Assembly: GCA_963733325.1 (NCBI GenBank) | Contig: CAVTCT010000006.1 | Span: 141,744 to 205,743 of the forward strand | Direction: 5' to 3' | Length of the DNA: 64,000 nucleotides | DNA from: an uncultured Acidobacteriaceae bacterium | Lineage (GTDB): Bacteria > Acidobacteriota > Terriglobia > Terriglobales > Acidobacteriaceae | Shown: piece after piece, positions 61,987-64,000 of the stretch | How the letters are laid out: the number at the start of each line of letters is the position of its first letter | Position numbering within the stretch: the first letter of the stretch is position 1 | Translations under genes and position numbers: made by a program | Notes under the pieces: generated by a model | The model's database searches: none | What the model saw: only the letters and a program-made list of their open reading frames with translations | What the model was told of the DNA's origin: nothing

Positions 61987-63165
61987 TCACGCCAACGTCT
62001 GCACCTCGACCGACAGAACCGCCGGCAGATCGTGCACAATCGCTTTCCATGAATCGCCACCATCCGGCGAAACGTACACCTGTCCGCCGGTCGTGCCGAA
62101 ATACACGCCGCACTTTTCCAGCTTATCCACGGCCATGGCATCGCGCAGCACGTTCACGTAGCAATCCTTCTCGGGCAGACCCTTACCAAGCTCCTCCCAC
62201 TCATTGCCGCCGCTGCGGCTGCGATACACACGCAGTTTCCCGTCGAGGGGAAAATGCTCTGAGTCGCTCTTGATTGGAACCACGTAGACCGTCTCCGGTT
62301 CGTTCGAGTTGATATCGATGACGAAGCCGAAATCCGTGGGCAGGTTGCCGCTGATCTTCGTCCAATTGTCGCCTGCATCGTCTGAGCGCATCACGTCCCA
62401 ATGCTTCTGCATGAAGAGCGTGTCGGGCCGCTTCGGATTCATCGCAATGTGATGCACGCAGTGCCCGACTTCGGCCGTCGGATTGGGAATGTATTTCGAG
62501 TAAAGCCCCTTGTTGATCGGCTTCCATGTCTTGCCGCCGTCATCCGTGCGAAACGCGCCAGCTGCCGAAATCGCAATGTAGATGCGCTCCGGGTTGCTGG
62601 GATCGAGGATGATCGAGTGCAGGCACATTCCTCCTGCGCCCGGCTGCCAGTCCGGGCCGGTCCCGTGTCCGCGCAAGCCCGGCATCTCGCTCCAATTCTC
62701 GCCGCCGTCGGTAGAACGGAAAATGGCAGCATCTTCAACACCGGCATACACGGTGTTCGGATCCGTCAGCGAGGGCTCCAGATGCCAAACGCGCTTGAAT
62801 TCCCACGGCTTTTGCGTGCCATCGTACCACTGGTGTGTGGTCAGAGGCTTGCCGGTTTCGTCAGAAGAGTCATACGCGAACCGATTGCTCTTGACTGGCG
62901 GCCATTGCGGAGTCGCATCCTCGGGTTTCACGCCCGGCTGGAACCAGGTCTTGCCGCCGTCGTTCGAAGCCTGCAGCAGCTGACCAAACCAGCCGCTCGT
63001 CTGCGAAACATAGATTCGCTCCGGATCTGCCGGGGAGCCCTTCATGTGGTAAATCTCCCATCCGGCAAAGAATGGTCCGCTGACCTCCCAGTTGTCCCGC
63101 TTGCCGTCAGAGGTCAGGATGAACGCTCCTTTTTTTGTTCCGACCAATACGCGCACTTTGCTCAT
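61987..63165 (-). CDS. BNR/Asp-box repeat beta-propeller (sialidase-like) protein
   Basis: Repeated SxDGGxxW boxes; [10 protein letters not shown] start, no signal peptide. Confidence 0.88.
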   Translation of the reverse strand: MSKVRVLVGTKKGAFILTSDGKRDNWEVSGPFFAGWEIYHMKGSPADPERIYVSQTSGWFGQLLQASNDGGKTWFQPGVKPEDATPQWPPVKSNRFAYDSSDETGKPLTTHQWYDGTQKPWEFKRVWHLEPSLTDPNTVYAGVEDAAIFRSTDGGENWSEMPGLRGHGTGPDWQPGAGGMCLHSIILDPSNPERIYIAISAAGAFRTDDGGKTWKPINKGLYSKYIPNPTAEVGHCVHHIAMNPKRPDTLFMQKHWDVMRSDDAGDNWTKISGNLPTDFGFVIDINSNEPETVYVVPIKSDSEHFPLDGKLRVYRSRSGGNEWEELGKGLPEKDCYVNVLRDAMAVDKLEKCGVYFGTTGGQVYVSPDGGDSWKAIVHDLPAVLSVEVQTLA

Positions 63166-63386
63166 GATTGCTTTACCCTCCCCCGCGACCTGGCGTGCCG
63201 GAAACTCGCGGGCCGTCTGAAAATTCTTCCGCAACCCATCTCACCAATTCAAGCGAAAACTGTGCAAATGTTTTGACCCGGTCAGGCGTCTCGCCGATGC
63301 GGTCGGTGCAATCAGGATTGCCGCCTGCCTACCGCATTCGCATCGAAGCGCGCAATGCTCTAGACTCAAGACTGGAAACATTCGCA

Positions 63387-64000
63387 ATGATTACGCTATT
63401 TACCGGTTACGACGAAGAACCGAAAGATAAGAAGAAAGAGCAGGAAGCGCAGGCCGGCGAAGAGGAGTCGAGCCAGATATCGGGCTTCTTCTCGCGCATG
63501 CGCCAGGCCGTCACGCGCACCCGCGAGACCTTCTCGTCGCGCATCAACGAAATCGTCGCGCTCACCCGAGAAGTCGACGAGTCCTCTCTTGAAGAACTCG
63601 AAACCGCGCTCATTATGAGCGACATCGGCGTGCAGACCACGACCGAGATCCTCGACGCTCTCCGCGAACGCGCCCGCGTACAGGCCATCGAAGGTGGCGA
63701 CCGAACTGCGCGACCTGTTGAAGCAGCAACTGCGCGGAATTCTCGAAGCCCCGCATGCGCCCCGTCGCCGAATCCGCCAGCTGCCGCCCAAAGTCACCTT
63801 CCTCGTCGGCGTAAACGGAACCGGCAAAACAACCTCCGAGCGGCAAGCTCGCCGCCTGGTATCGCGCGCAGGACAAATCCGTGCTCCTCTGCGCCGCAGA
63901 CACCTTTCGCGCTGCTGCCATCGAGCAGCTCGAAGTCTGGGCCGGCCGCTGCGGCGTCGAGATGATCAAGACCCGCCAGGGCGGCGATCCCGCAGCTGTC
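63387..64000 (+). CDS. ftsY: SRP receptor FtsY (5' part; indels; runs off the window)
   Basis: [15 protein letters not shown]; [23 protein letters not shown] and GGDPAAV in shifted frames. Confidence 0.92.

Overview
High-GC bacterial chromosomal window, most likely Acidobacteriota (Acidobacteriaceae-like). This is an inference from the acidobacterial-type VWA protein, mqnA and the gene neighbourhoods. A housekeeping backbone (ribA, gpmI, eno, topA, dprA, mqnA, fabH, SRP RNA ffs, rimO, yacG, pgpA, cinA, plsY, gpsA, ftsY) is interspersed with single accessory genes. Many genes, including essential ones, are split by apparent small indels; these are best read as sequencing or assembly errors. 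Main observations: (1) at 0.7-3.55 kb, four related ~45-51-bp palindromic sites in direct orientation, with one unrelated gene between each pair, like a recombinase cassette array that is not a canonical integron; (2) an aspartase carrying a signal peptide, co-oriented with a secreted asparaginase and a porin, suggesting a periplasmic Asn->Asp->fumarate + 2 NH4+ pathway; (3) a 1.1-kb single-gene islet flanked by an exact 33-bp duplication of the SRP RNA 5' end, each copy with its own promoter; (4) two unrelated MITE-like elements and an IS630 remnant at 41.4-44.0 kb; (5) a consensus sigma-54 promoter upstream of an unannotated 53-aa ORF; (6) an ~75-aa insertion in a TopA zinc ribbon; (7) a beta-propeller plus ubiquitin-like MoaD gene pair. 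No CRISPR array, rRNA or tRNA was seen. All family assignments are from motif recognition by eye, not database searches.
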